From NCBI RefSeq assembly GCF_001481685.1, contig NZ_CP006867.1, positions 1,290,001-1,322,000 on the forward strand: a DNA stretch of 32,000 nucleotides. The letters are read 5' to 3'. Position numbers and translations under genes: made by a program. The notes beneath the pieces were generated by a model. That model worked only from the letters and a program-made list of their open reading frames with translations, made no database searches and was not told where the DNA came from. This stretch comes from Ignicoccus islandicus DSM 13165. Lineage in GTDB: Archaea; Thermoproteota; Thermoprotei_A; Sulfolobales; Ignicoccaceae. Shown here piece by piece: positions 9,767 through 16,931 of the stretch (position 1 is the stretch's first letter; every line of letters starts with the position of its first letter).

Positions 9767-11377
9767 GTGGAAGCTTTACTAAGATCGAAATGTAGAGCAC
9801 TATACAAGGAAGGCAACTATGTTTACGTAGCTTGTAGCTTCATTAACTTAATGCCTTGGAGAAACTCAATTGAGATTGCCGGAGAAGTTGTAAACGGACC
9901 TTTGAGTAGAGTTAATGGAAATATCTGGAGGATCCATGGTATAAGAGGTTCTATTCTACTAAAGGGTAAAGAGGGAAGTATAGGAAAAATTGGTTCGAAG
10001 AATTTCATCTTTCACGTACCGGATGTAAACGTATTAGGTCTAAAGAACGGTATAGTTATAGTACACATCATTGGACACGGGAAATATAGAGGGTACATCT
10101 ACGGATCGTACGTTGAAGGGGAAATAGGAAGTTCGAACGACATTGTAATAGGAATTCCCCCGATCAGAGGGAACAAGGCTAAGCTAGAAGTAGGCGGCCT
10201 TATTCTCGAAAAACAGCTTCCGTCATTTACATCATTAAATGAACTCGATATAATGCTCCCATATGTAGTATTAAACATTGAGAACGATTGTAAGGAGATA
10301 TACTCATGGGAGAACGTTGAAGTAATGTACAGCGATTTTTCGATTGAAAAAGTCTACGGGCACCAGAGAATTTGTGGGAAAAGCTTCATATATTACCGAG
10401 GCTTCATAGAAGAACCAATAAATGTCTTACTGAGACCCTCAAAGGACGTACTTAGAAAGAGGGTTGTCTCGGTAGACCCTAAACGAGATTACGTTGTTTT
10501 ACGAACTTCTTCTGAGACTGTTGTTATCTCGAAAGACGATCTAAAAGTCTTTCCTGGAAGAGTTATCTATTGTCGGGAAAACGATACAGAGGTATTAATG
10601 GATGAGAAAGGAATAGTTAACGTACTCAAGGGTGGAAAACCGTTCGCAAGCGTTAGATTTAATGAAAAAGTTAGTTCGTGTGAAGTACTCAATGACAAAA
10701 TATACTTAACTGTTCCTTCTAGAAAACCCGAAAGCTTCGCTAGTCTAGTTAATATAGGTAACGGATTCACGTTTATTCCATTCATAGCCGAGGTATCTGA
10801 TGTACCATGGATAGAAGAATGGGGGTACAAAGATACTTCCTTTGTAACTAGGCTCGGTTCGAATGAGATTACGTTCTTGGAGGAGGGTATCTCCAAACTA
10901 GTGAAGCTTGAAGAAGGATTGCTGCTCGCGTACAACCTTTATGGAGGTGTATTCCTTATAGATGAGAATTTAAAGCTACTGTGGAAAAGAGAGACTAGGG
11001 GCGTGAGATCAGTTGCTGCAAGTAAAGATATGCTGGCGATTTGGTCTCAAAGACCTCCTCGTTTAAGACTGTTCTCATTCATGAAAGACAAAAGATTGAA
11101 AGAGGTAAGGAGACTGAGGTTAGGCCTGAATCACGTATCCTTGTGTTTCGATGGTAAACTGAGTTTGTTCGTTGCAATAGATGATAATGGAAATGTTCTA
11201 TACATTAACGAACATGGAGAAATAGTGCTGAAAGGGAAAGCAGAGCCGTCATGGGCATGCATTAGTTTCGACCCGTATCTAGTTACAATAAATGAGAACG
11301 GTGTAAAGCTATGGAAAAGATTAACCTCTATGGAGGACTGGGATGAGATCTATCTCCTCATCCCCTCTGAGTTTTGA
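9767..11377 (+). CDS. Hypothetical 536-aa beta-rich protein (C-terminal propeller-like repeats)
   Basis: Long uninterrupted ORF starting 22 nt after the preceding gene, with no signal peptide. The C-terminal third has WD/PQQ-like repeat texture (LLAYNLYGGVFLIDENLKLLW, LFVAIDDNGNVLYINEHGEIV, LVTINENGVKLWK). I recognise no family. Confidence 0.5.
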   Translation: MEALLRSKCRALYKEGNYVYVACSFINLMPWRNSIEIAGEVVNGPLSRVNGNIWRIHGIRGSILLKGKEGSIGKIGSKNFIFHVPDVNVLGLKNGIVIVHIIGHGKYRGYIYGSYVEGEIGSSNDIVIGIPPIRGNKAKLEVGGLILEKQLPSFTSLNELDIMLPYVVLNIENDCKEIYSWENVEVMYSDFSIEKVYGHQRICGKSFIYYRGFIEEPINVLLRPSKDVLRKRVVSVDPKRDYVVLRTSSETVVISKDDLKVFPGRVIYCRENDTEVLMDEKGIVNVLKGGKPFASVRFNEKVSSCEVLNDKIYLTVPSRKPESFASLVNIGNGFTFIPFIAEVSDVPWIEEWGYKDTSFVTRLGSNEITFLEEGISKLVKLEEGLLLAYNLYGGVFLIDENLKLLWKRETRGVRSVAASKDMLAIWSQRPPRLRLFSFMKDKRLKEVRRLRLGLNHVSLCFDGKLSLFVAIDDNGNVLYINEHGEIVLKGKAEPSWACISFDPYLVTINENGVKLWKRLTSMEDWDEIYLLIPSEF

Positions 11378-11557
11378 GTCCTCTAGTACGCTTAATTCTC
11401 TGGAATTCACAAAAACGAGTAGGAGCGGTGACGGATCACCGGATGGTCTTATTAAATCTTGTAGTTCTGGATAGCACTTGCGTAGGCACTTTAATAAATC
11501 TCGTATATTAGAGGCCTCGATTTCTATAACTTTTCCTTTCCAATGGACCTTTACCAT
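11321..11557 (-). CDS. ThiS/MoaD-family beta-grasp (ubiquitin-like) small protein with a non-canonical ...HRG C-terminus
   Basis: MVKVHWKGKVIEIEASNIRDLLKCLRKCYPEL...LVFVNSRELSVLEDSKLRGDEEIDLIPVLHRG has the length and pattern of MoaD/ThiS/SAMP-like proteins. I chose the ATG at 11557; the track's 11590 start would overlap purM. Confidence 0.55.
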   Translation of the reverse strand: MVKVHWKGKVIEIEASNIRDLLKCLRKCYPELQDLIRPSGDPSPLLLVFVNSRELSVLEDSKLRGDEEIDLIPVLHRG

Positions 11558-11565
11558 ATAATATT

Positions 11566-12528
11566 TCACCCTATGATTACTTCGCCCCATGGAGTCTGTA
11601 TTTTCGATGGTCCCTCTATAACCCTCCCTATCGGTCTGGCTTCTATTGCGTATTTCTTAGAGAGTTCCAAGACTTTATCTGGATGTTTAGTAATTATTAC
11701 CATTCCTATTCCCATATTGAACGTTCTATAAGCCTCGGTTGGATCCATCCTTGCTGCCTCAACTATTTTCTTAAATATTGCAGGGGGCTCAAAGTATTCG
11801 TACTGTATGCCTAAACCTGTCGGTAATCTCTCGTGAACTTTCTTAAAAGCACCGCCAGTAACGTGTGCTGCCCACTTGATTACACCTGTTTTCATACCCT
11901 CTAATACGATGTTATGGTAGTTGGTAACTGGTGCAATTACTTCTGGCATTAAGTCCTCTAATTTTAGCAATCCCTCTCGTATAAGCCTCCTTATGAGCGT
12001 GTACCCGTTGGCATGCGGTCCACTCGAAGCCAATCCTACCACATAGTCTCCCGGTTCAGGTACCGAAGGCTTAGCTTCTCTAATACCCAATACTGTGCAC
12101 GATATGTCGAATCCTCTTACCACGTCTGGCATTATCGCAGTTTCTCCGCCTGCTAGATAGGCTCCTACTTCCCTCAATGCTTTATCTAGTCCTTGACCTA
12201 TCCTCCTAGCCAATTCCTCATCGGATTTTTCTACTGCAAGATAGTCGACTACAGCGAGAACTTTGAATCCTTCACATGCTACGTCATTAGCGTTCACAAA
12301 TACGCAATCCCACCCAGCAATGTCCTCCCTACCAACCATTGATAGTAAGATAGTTTTGGTTCCAACGCCATCAACGTGAAGGGTTACTTCTTTACCATTG
12401 ATTTCGAAGACCGAGGTATATGAACCTATGCCTTTGGTCTTGGAACCAACTAGTTTAAGTATATTCTCCTCCATCTTTCTTTGTTTATCTATATCTACGC
12501 CCGCTTTAGAGTATGTCCATTTGGACAT
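11566..12528 (-). CDS. purM: Phosphoribosylformylglycinamidine cyclo-ligase (AIR synthetase)
   Basis: YSKAGVDID, the DGVGTK motif, GGETA, SSGPHANGYTL and FNMGIGMV. Confidence 0.9.
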   Translation of the reverse strand: MSKWTYSKAGVDIDKQRKMEENILKLVGSKTKGIGSYTSVFEINGKEVTLHVDGVGTKTILLSMVGREDIAGWDCVFVNANDVACEGFKVLAVVDYLAVEKSDEELARRIGQGLDKALREVGAYLAGGETAIMPDVVRGFDISCTVLGIREAKPSVPEPGDYVVGLASSGPHANGYTLIRRLIREGLLKLEDLMPEVIAPVTNYHNIVLEGMKTGVIKWAAHVTGGAFKKVHERLPTGLGIQYEYFEPPAIFKKIVEAARMDPTEAYRTFNMGIGMVIITKHPDKVLELSKKYAIEARPIGRVIEGPSKIQTPWGEVIIG

Positions 12529-12607
12529 TCAATCAGACCTCCGTAAACACACACAGCCGCGCCAGACATTAAGTAATACTACATAGATACTTTCGGGGCA
12601 CTGTCTC

Positions 12608-13144
12608 TTGATACAGCTATCTGAGCAGAGACCTAGACAAGTGAATTTAAAGATAGTGTACTACGGTCCCAAGGACTTCGAATTCGATAAAGTCGTTACT
12701 GCTATAGAATTCACTAGAAACGAGTTGATGGTACTATACGGTATACAAACCTCCTATGAGGTGGTAGACGTCGTCTCCCCACACTACACCTTCTTTAACG
12801 ATATACATGGTCTAGAGAATACTTCGTTCTCCTACTCTAGGTATCCTAGAGTTATAGTTAACAATAACAACGTAATTTATATCGATACTACTCTCGCGCT
12901 GGATGAGCTAGTAAAGAAATTGGTTACGGAAATAACGAGGCGTGTCTTCAAAGGTAAACTAAACGAGGCAACTGAAGGAGGTTCAAATGAACAATTATTC
13001 GCCCTCAATTCATATTTCCTTATAATTACCAACGTCAACGATTCCAGTGAAGAAGTAAATGGGTTTAACGAGATGAGCATGGTCGGCGAAACTGATATGA
13101 TGATGAACGAATCCGCGGGTGATCTCTTTAGTAAAAGGATATAG
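12608..13144 (+). CDS. Hypothetical protein
   Basis: 178-codon ORF with a TTG start and no recognisable motifs. It has an acidic, Met-rich C-terminal tail (EMSMVGETDMMMNES). Its last 17 nt overlap tiaS on the opposite strand. Confidence 0.35.
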   Translation: MIQLSEQRPRQVNLKIVYYGPKDFEFDKVVTAIEFTRNELMVLYGIQTSYEVVDVVSPHYTFFNDIHGLENTSFSYSRYPRVIVNNNNVIYIDTTLALDELVKKLVTEITRRVFKGKLNEATEGGSNEQLFALNSYFLIITNVNDSSEEVNGFNEMSMVGETDMMMNESAGDLFSKRI

Positions 13145-14360
13145 CGCATCCAACCTCAAGCCTTTTACATATCCCCTTGAAGTCCTCCTCAGGTACGCCA
13201 CTATACTCTCCAATCAAATGGAGTTTTCTTCCCTCAATAGGCACTATTAATTGATGATCCAAATCCATTTCCACTTGCAATTTTCGTGGTTCCATAGCTT
13301 CATATCCACATTTCTTACACTTCCTAAGTAAACTTCTTGAACCTTTACTAACCATAGCCCCTCCGCATTTAGGACAACGAGGTGACTTGTAATTTATCGC
13401 GACAGCCTTCTCTATTTCTAATGCAGCTAATGAGATGCTATGTGGTTTATATATTATAGAAAGTCTGCCTTTGATTTTTGCTCGAGATTTTGATAAATAT
13501 AGAAGGAACTTCCTAAGCCCGCTTTCTTCATATATCATTACGTTCTTTCCATTAAGTTTTACAATAAAGTCCCTTCCTACTTCAATTATTTCGGAGCTAT
13601 CTATTTCAATATCTAAAGTCTTGAAATCATAAGGATAGACGTCCTTAGCAACAGAAGGTTTGAATGAATGTTGATTTGTTCTAAAAGCCGTATAGAAATG
13701 GACGTCCTCAGCGTCTATTATTCGAGCTAAAGAGATTAAGAGTGGGAGGTTCCTGCCTCTTAGACCATAAAGAACCGGATCATCTCCTCTGGGACATATA
13801 ACTGAGCTAGAGCTTTCATGGACGTATGGATAAAATGCTAGAACGAGATGATCATAGAAAGGAGCGAAGCTACACTTCCTCGGCTTTCGCGAACTCTTTC
13901 TATAGGCTATTAATTCGAAATTCGGTAAGTCTCTTACAGTTGCAGCAGCAGCTGCCGCGCCTATTAAGGAACCTTCGTTTCCATAGAATAACATGTCGTC
14001 GTTAAGTTCCTCTTTAATAACATCGGGATGAACTACGGTCTCGATAGCCATTCGGTAGATCTTACTAGAAGGTCTTTTGCTTGAGACCAGGATAGCGCCC
14101 TTCTTGTTATATTCTCTAATATAATCTTTAAGGAAGGAAACGGTTTCTTCATATATCAGAGAAGGGTCTCCAGAAATTTCAAACGATATGGCTGCGTTGC
14201 CTCTGGTCTTCCAAGGAACTGATGGATTTAATCTAACTAAGTACGGGTAATCGAGTAGATGGAATCCTCGGGATTCGAGGTATAGAATTAATAAGGAAGC
14301 TACGTGCGTAGTGCAGCCGGCTCTAGGCATATCGAAACCATCTATTGCGACAATGGTCAT
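13128..14360 (-). CDS. tiaS: tRNA(Ile2) 2-agmatinylcytidine synthetase
   Basis: N-terminus IDGFDMPRAGCTTHVA...YPYLVRLNPSVPWKTRGNAAISFE is typical of TiaS (DUF1743). C-terminal zinc ribbon CPKCGG...CKKCG. Confidence 0.85.
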   Translation of the reverse strand: MTIVAIDGFDMPRAGCTTHVASLLILYLESRGFHLLDYPYLVRLNPSVPWKTRGNAAISFEISGDPSLIYEETVSFLKDYIREYNKKGAILVSSKRPSSKIYRMAIETVVHPDVIKEELNDDMLFYGNEGSLIGAAAAAATVRDLPNFELIAYRKSSRKPRKCSFAPFYDHLVLAFYPYVHESSSSVICPRGDDPVLYGLRGRNLPLLISLARIIDAEDVHFYTAFRTNQHSFKPSVAKDVYPYDFKTLDIEIDSSEIIEVGRDFIVKLNGKNVMIYEESGLRKFLLYLSKSRAKIKGRLSIIYKPHSISLAALEIEKAVAINYKSPRCPKCGGAMVSKGSRSLLRKCKKCGYEAMEPRKLQVEMDLDHQLIVPIEGRKLHLIGEYSGVPEEDFKGICKRLEVGCAISFY

Positions 14361-14368
14361 TATCTACT

Positions 14369-14647
14369 TTACCTTTGGAAGTGCTTACCTTCAACACCTA
14401 TTAATGTCAATGTTGATCTGACACCGGGCATGTTCCTAATGTTCCTAGTAATCGCTTCGTTTAGCTTCGCCAACGTTGGAGCTTCCAGTTTGGCAACTAT
14501 GTCAAACGTACCGTAAGTTATATATACTTCCTTTACTTCGGGTATTTGCTTCAGTCTTTCGAATACATCTACTTCCTTTCCTATATCGGTGTTTATTAAT
14601 ACTATAGCTATAGCCACGTCGAGATGCCACCCTACTATTTCGTTCAC
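14369..14647 (-). CDS. Stand-alone Lrp/AsnC-type ligand-binding (RAM) domain protein, no HTH
   Basis: AIAIVLINTDIGKEVDVFERLKQIPEVKEVYITYGTFDIVAKLEAPTLAKLNEAITRNIRNMPGVRSTLTLIG matches the AsnC_trans_reg C-terminal domain. The listed start is GTG, and an in-frame GTG at 14617 is also possible. The gene ends 8 nt before the tiaS start. Confidence 0.7.
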   Translation of the reverse strand: MNEIVGWHLDVAIAIVLINTDIGKEVDVFERLKQIPEVKEVYITYGTFDIVAKLEAPTLAKLNEAITRNIRNMPGVRSTLTLIGVEGKHFQR

Positions 14648-14692
14648 CGTTTACTTTTAAAGGATAACCTCCACCACTCTCTTGAGCTAAAG

Positions 14693-15634
14693 ATGGATAA
14701 GAGAGTTGAAAATTTACTAGAGTTGCTTCTAAGCTTATTAAGAGAGCCCCCTGAAGATGTTGAGATAAAAGGTTCGTATCCAGAAGACTTGACACCGATA
14801 CTCTCATGGTTGAAGAGGACCTTTGGAGTCCCTACCAAGGTGGCGTACTTAGGTCCCGAGGGGAGTTATACGCATGAAGCTGCAGTTACTGCCTTTCCTG
14901 GAGCACAGCTACTGCCTAGTAAAACCATTTCTGAAGTTTTCGAAAAAGTATCGAAGAACGAGGCAAAGTATGGAATAGTACCAATAGCTAATAGACTAGA
15001 AGGCCCGGTTAATGAGACCATAGACAACTTATTCTTTCATAACTTATACATAAAAAGTGCGCTTGAGATACCGATAAAGATAGTGTTAGCCTCGAATGAA
15101 GAGACGGACCTAAACACTATTCAAAAGATATATGGTCATCCGATGATCTTCGGACAAGCCAGGAAAATATTAGATAAGTTAAAGGTACCAACAATACCTA
15201 CGAGGAGTACATCTGAGGCCGCACTGTTAGCTAAGAGCGAGAAAGGCGCTGCCGCTCTATGCAGCCCCCTCGCTGCATCAATATATAATCTCAAGATTCT
15301 TCAAGACTCTGTTGAAGATAACCCTAACAATAGCACAAAATTCTTTGTTTTGAGTAAATACTATAGGGAGGAAGGTGATTATACCGTTCTATTAGCCTCA
15401 GTGAAGCATCAACCGGGTGGATTGTACGAATTCTTAAAACCTTTCGCAGAATCGGGTGTAAACTTAACCATGATATATTCGAGACCGATGAAAGACATTC
15501 CTTGGCATTACGTATTCTATATAGAGTTAGAAGGAAGTATAAAAGATTTGAAGAGCGTAATCGAAGAAGCCAGGAAAAGCTCTGTATTCATAAAACTCTT
15601 AGGAAGTTACGACCTTCTCGAAATCACCCGATAA
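14693..15634 (+). CDS. pheA: Prephenate dehydratase with C-terminal ACT domain
   Basis: VAYLGPEGSYTHEAA, IVPIANRLEGPV, and ACT-like TVLLASVKHQPGGLYEFLKPFAESGVNLTMIYSRP. I chose the ATG at 14693 (MDKRVENL...); the track start at 14624 would overlap the divergent gene. Confidence 0.85.
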   Translation: MDKRVENLLELLLSLLREPPEDVEIKGSYPEDLTPILSWLKRTFGVPTKVAYLGPEGSYTHEAAVTAFPGAQLLPSKTISEVFEKVSKNEAKYGIVPIANRLEGPVNETIDNLFFHNLYIKSALEIPIKIVLASNEETDLNTIQKIYGHPMIFGQARKILDKLKVPTIPTRSTSEAALLAKSEKGAAALCSPLAASIYNLKILQDSVEDNPNNSTKFFVLSKYYREEGDYTVLLASVKHQPGGLYEFLKPFAESGVNLTMIYSRPMKDIPWHYVFYIELEGSIKDLKSVIEEARKSSVFIKLLGSYDLLEITR

Positions 15635-15695
15635 GGGGGTCATACCGCAGGGAATGTCCTCATCTATTTGGCCTAGGTGTTGCCTATCATCCCCC
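15635..15695. ncRNA. Candidate structured RNA element: 61-nt GC-rich segment closed by GGGGG/CCCCC (orientation uncertain)
   Basis: It starts immediately after the pheA stop codon. GGGGG (15635-15639) and CCCCC (15691-15695) bracket 51 nt at about 58% G+C (hand count), against an AT-rich background. Read on the minus strand it is GGGGG-AUGAUAGG...AGAUGAGG...GGUAUGA-CCCCC, a weak box C/D or kink-turn-like arrangement. Confidence 0.2.
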
Positions 15696-15706
15696 GCTCC
15701 CTCTTT

Positions 15707-15715
15707 ACTATATAA
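15707..15715 (+). promoter_or_regulatory. TATA-box-like element (ACTATATAA) inside the long pheA-ASCH spacer
   Basis: AT-rich ctttACTATATAAcc lies between the two GC-rich blocks. It sits about 25 nt upstream of the GGGG at 15734, the usual archaeal TATA-to-TSS spacing. Confidence 0.3.
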
Positions 15716-15733
15716 CCATTCCTAGAGATAGTT

Positions 15734-15776
15734 GGGGACTCAGAGGCTCCTCGCTTTGGCCCCTCTTCACCTTTTC
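15734..15776 (+). ncRNA. Candidate short hairpin RNA or structured 5' leader: GGGG...CCCC hairpin followed by a T4 tract
   Basis: GGGGACUCAGAGGCUCCUCGCUUUGGCCCC can pair GGGG 15734-15737 with CCCC 15760-15763, with an inner GAG/CUC stem. It is followed by CUCUUCACCUUUUC (TTTT 15772-15775) and is about 63% G+C by hand count. Confidence 0.2.
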
Positions 15777-15838
15777 AGGTTAAAACGCAAACGATGAATT
15801 CTATTGTTTCATTTCCAGTCATAGCCGGGAAGGTAGGG

Positions 15839-16426
15839 ATGGGTGGGAAGCTAAAATACATTGGCCGTCACCTCATGGTGAAAGGCGAGTTCGTTGACGA
15901 AATTTTATCTGGAAGAAAGAGGGCAACTATTAGGTTAGGTATATGGAAGCCGAAGTTCAACGAACTAATACTCCACGGTGGTGGGAGACCTTTCGCTATT
16001 GTAAGAATAACTGATGTTGAGTATAAGAGAGTTAAAGACCTCACAGAAGAAGACGCGAGAGCTGATGGGTTTAATAGTATGGAAGAGCTAATGAGGAGCT
16101 TGCGGAGAGTTTACCCTCATTTAAATGAGGAGGACTACGTAACAATATTGAAGTTCCAACTAATCAAGAAGTTAACTGAACTCGACATAAGAGATCCGTA
16201 TATGGGCTTAAAGCCTTCGGAAATAGCTAGATTAGCTTTAAGGTATTTAACAGATCTCTCTGATGAGGACAAAAGAATATTTAAAACGCTCACCGAAACT
16301 GAGAGCTTGAGAGAAACAGCAATTCGACTTTTCGGTTCCATATCCAAGCGCTGGATAATAAGAAAGAAATTAAAGAAGGCACTAAATGAGCTCATAGAAA
16401 AAGGTTTAATAGGCCCCAAGAGATAG
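15839..16426 (+). CDS. ASCH (PUA-like) domain protein with a C-terminal helical, HTH-like extension
   Basis: KYIGRHLMVKGEFVDEILSGRKRATIRLG...FAIVRITDVEYKRVKDLTEEDARADGF is the ASCH pattern. I chose the ATG at 15839; the track ATG at 15794 is possible. Confidence 0.65.
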   Translation: MGGKLKYIGRHLMVKGEFVDEILSGRKRATIRLGIWKPKFNELILHGGGRPFAIVRITDVEYKRVKDLTEEDARADGFNSMEELMRSLRRVYPHLNEEDYVTILKFQLIKKLTELDIRDPYMGLKPSEIARLALRYLTDLSDEDKRIFKTLTETESLRETAIRLFGSISKRWIIRKKLKKALNELIEKGLIGPKR

Positions 16427-16484
16427 CTTGATCGTTCGAAAAATTACTCGAGCGAAAACTTAATCTTCCCTTTCAACCCGCACC

Positions 16485-16931
16485 GTGTCGGTAAGTGAAA
16501 TGGTGAATGAAGCACTAAGAACAAAGGAAACACCGCAAGATCGCATAATTGGGAGACATGTATACGGAAATCTGTATGGCATCGACCCAAACTTACTGTG
16601 GAACGAAGAATTTCTGAGAGACTTAGTAAAGAGGGCAGCCGAGGTAGCTAACATGAAGTTGGTAGAAGTGAAGTCATGGAAGTTCGAGGGTTATCACGGC
16701 GGAGTTTCAGTAATGGCGTTAGTATTGGAAAGCCATATAACTATACACACGTGGCCGGACTACGAATACGCTACAGTTGATGTATATACATGCGGCGAGA
16801 AAGGTGATCCTTGGCGCGCTTTCAATTTCATTGTTGAAGAGTTAAAACCTGAGGACTATACCGTCCACTACGCAGATCGTAGTAGTAGACCTAGAATACC
16901 GTCAGGTAATAAGGAGATTTTGTACCAGTAA
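16485..16931 (+). CDS. Pyruvoyl-dependent AdoMetDC-family decarboxylase (SpeH-like; either S-adenosylmethionine decarboxylase or the crenarchaeal arginine decarboxylase paralogue)
   Basis: GRHVYGNLYGID, self-cleavage region VLESHITIHTWPDYEYATVDVYTCG, about 148 aa. I cannot assign substrate from sequence by eye. Confidence 0.8.
   Translation: MSVSEMVNEALRTKETPQDRIIGRHVYGNLYGIDPNLLWNEEFLRDLVKRAAEVANMKLVEVKSWKFEGYHGGVSVMALVLESHITIHTWPDYEYATVDVYTCGEKGDPWRAFNFIVEELKPEDYTVHYADRSSRPRIPSGNKEILYQ

Noticed and set aside
10856-10864. GGTTCGAAT, a tRNA T-loop-like string.
   Set aside because: The flanking bases do not form a T stem or an acceptor stem, and it lies within the 536-aa ORF. I found no other tRNA-like T-arm or anticodon-arm combination on either strand.
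15502-15783. 93-aa plus-strand ORF spanning the pheA 3' end and the GC-rich spacer.
   Set aside because: Its first half overlaps pheA in another frame. The product is Arg/Pro/Leu-rich and low in complexity, reflecting local GC-richness. The region is better explained as non-coding structured DNA or RNA.
16257-16306. Box C/D-like pattern on the plus strand: CUGAUGA, then about 32 nt, then CUGA, with short CUC/GAG flanks.
   Set aside because: It lies fully inside the ASCH-gene coding frame (LSDEDKRIFKTLTETESL). There are no internal D'/C' boxes at the expected spacing, and the first box position is a pyrimidine. Most likely coincidental.
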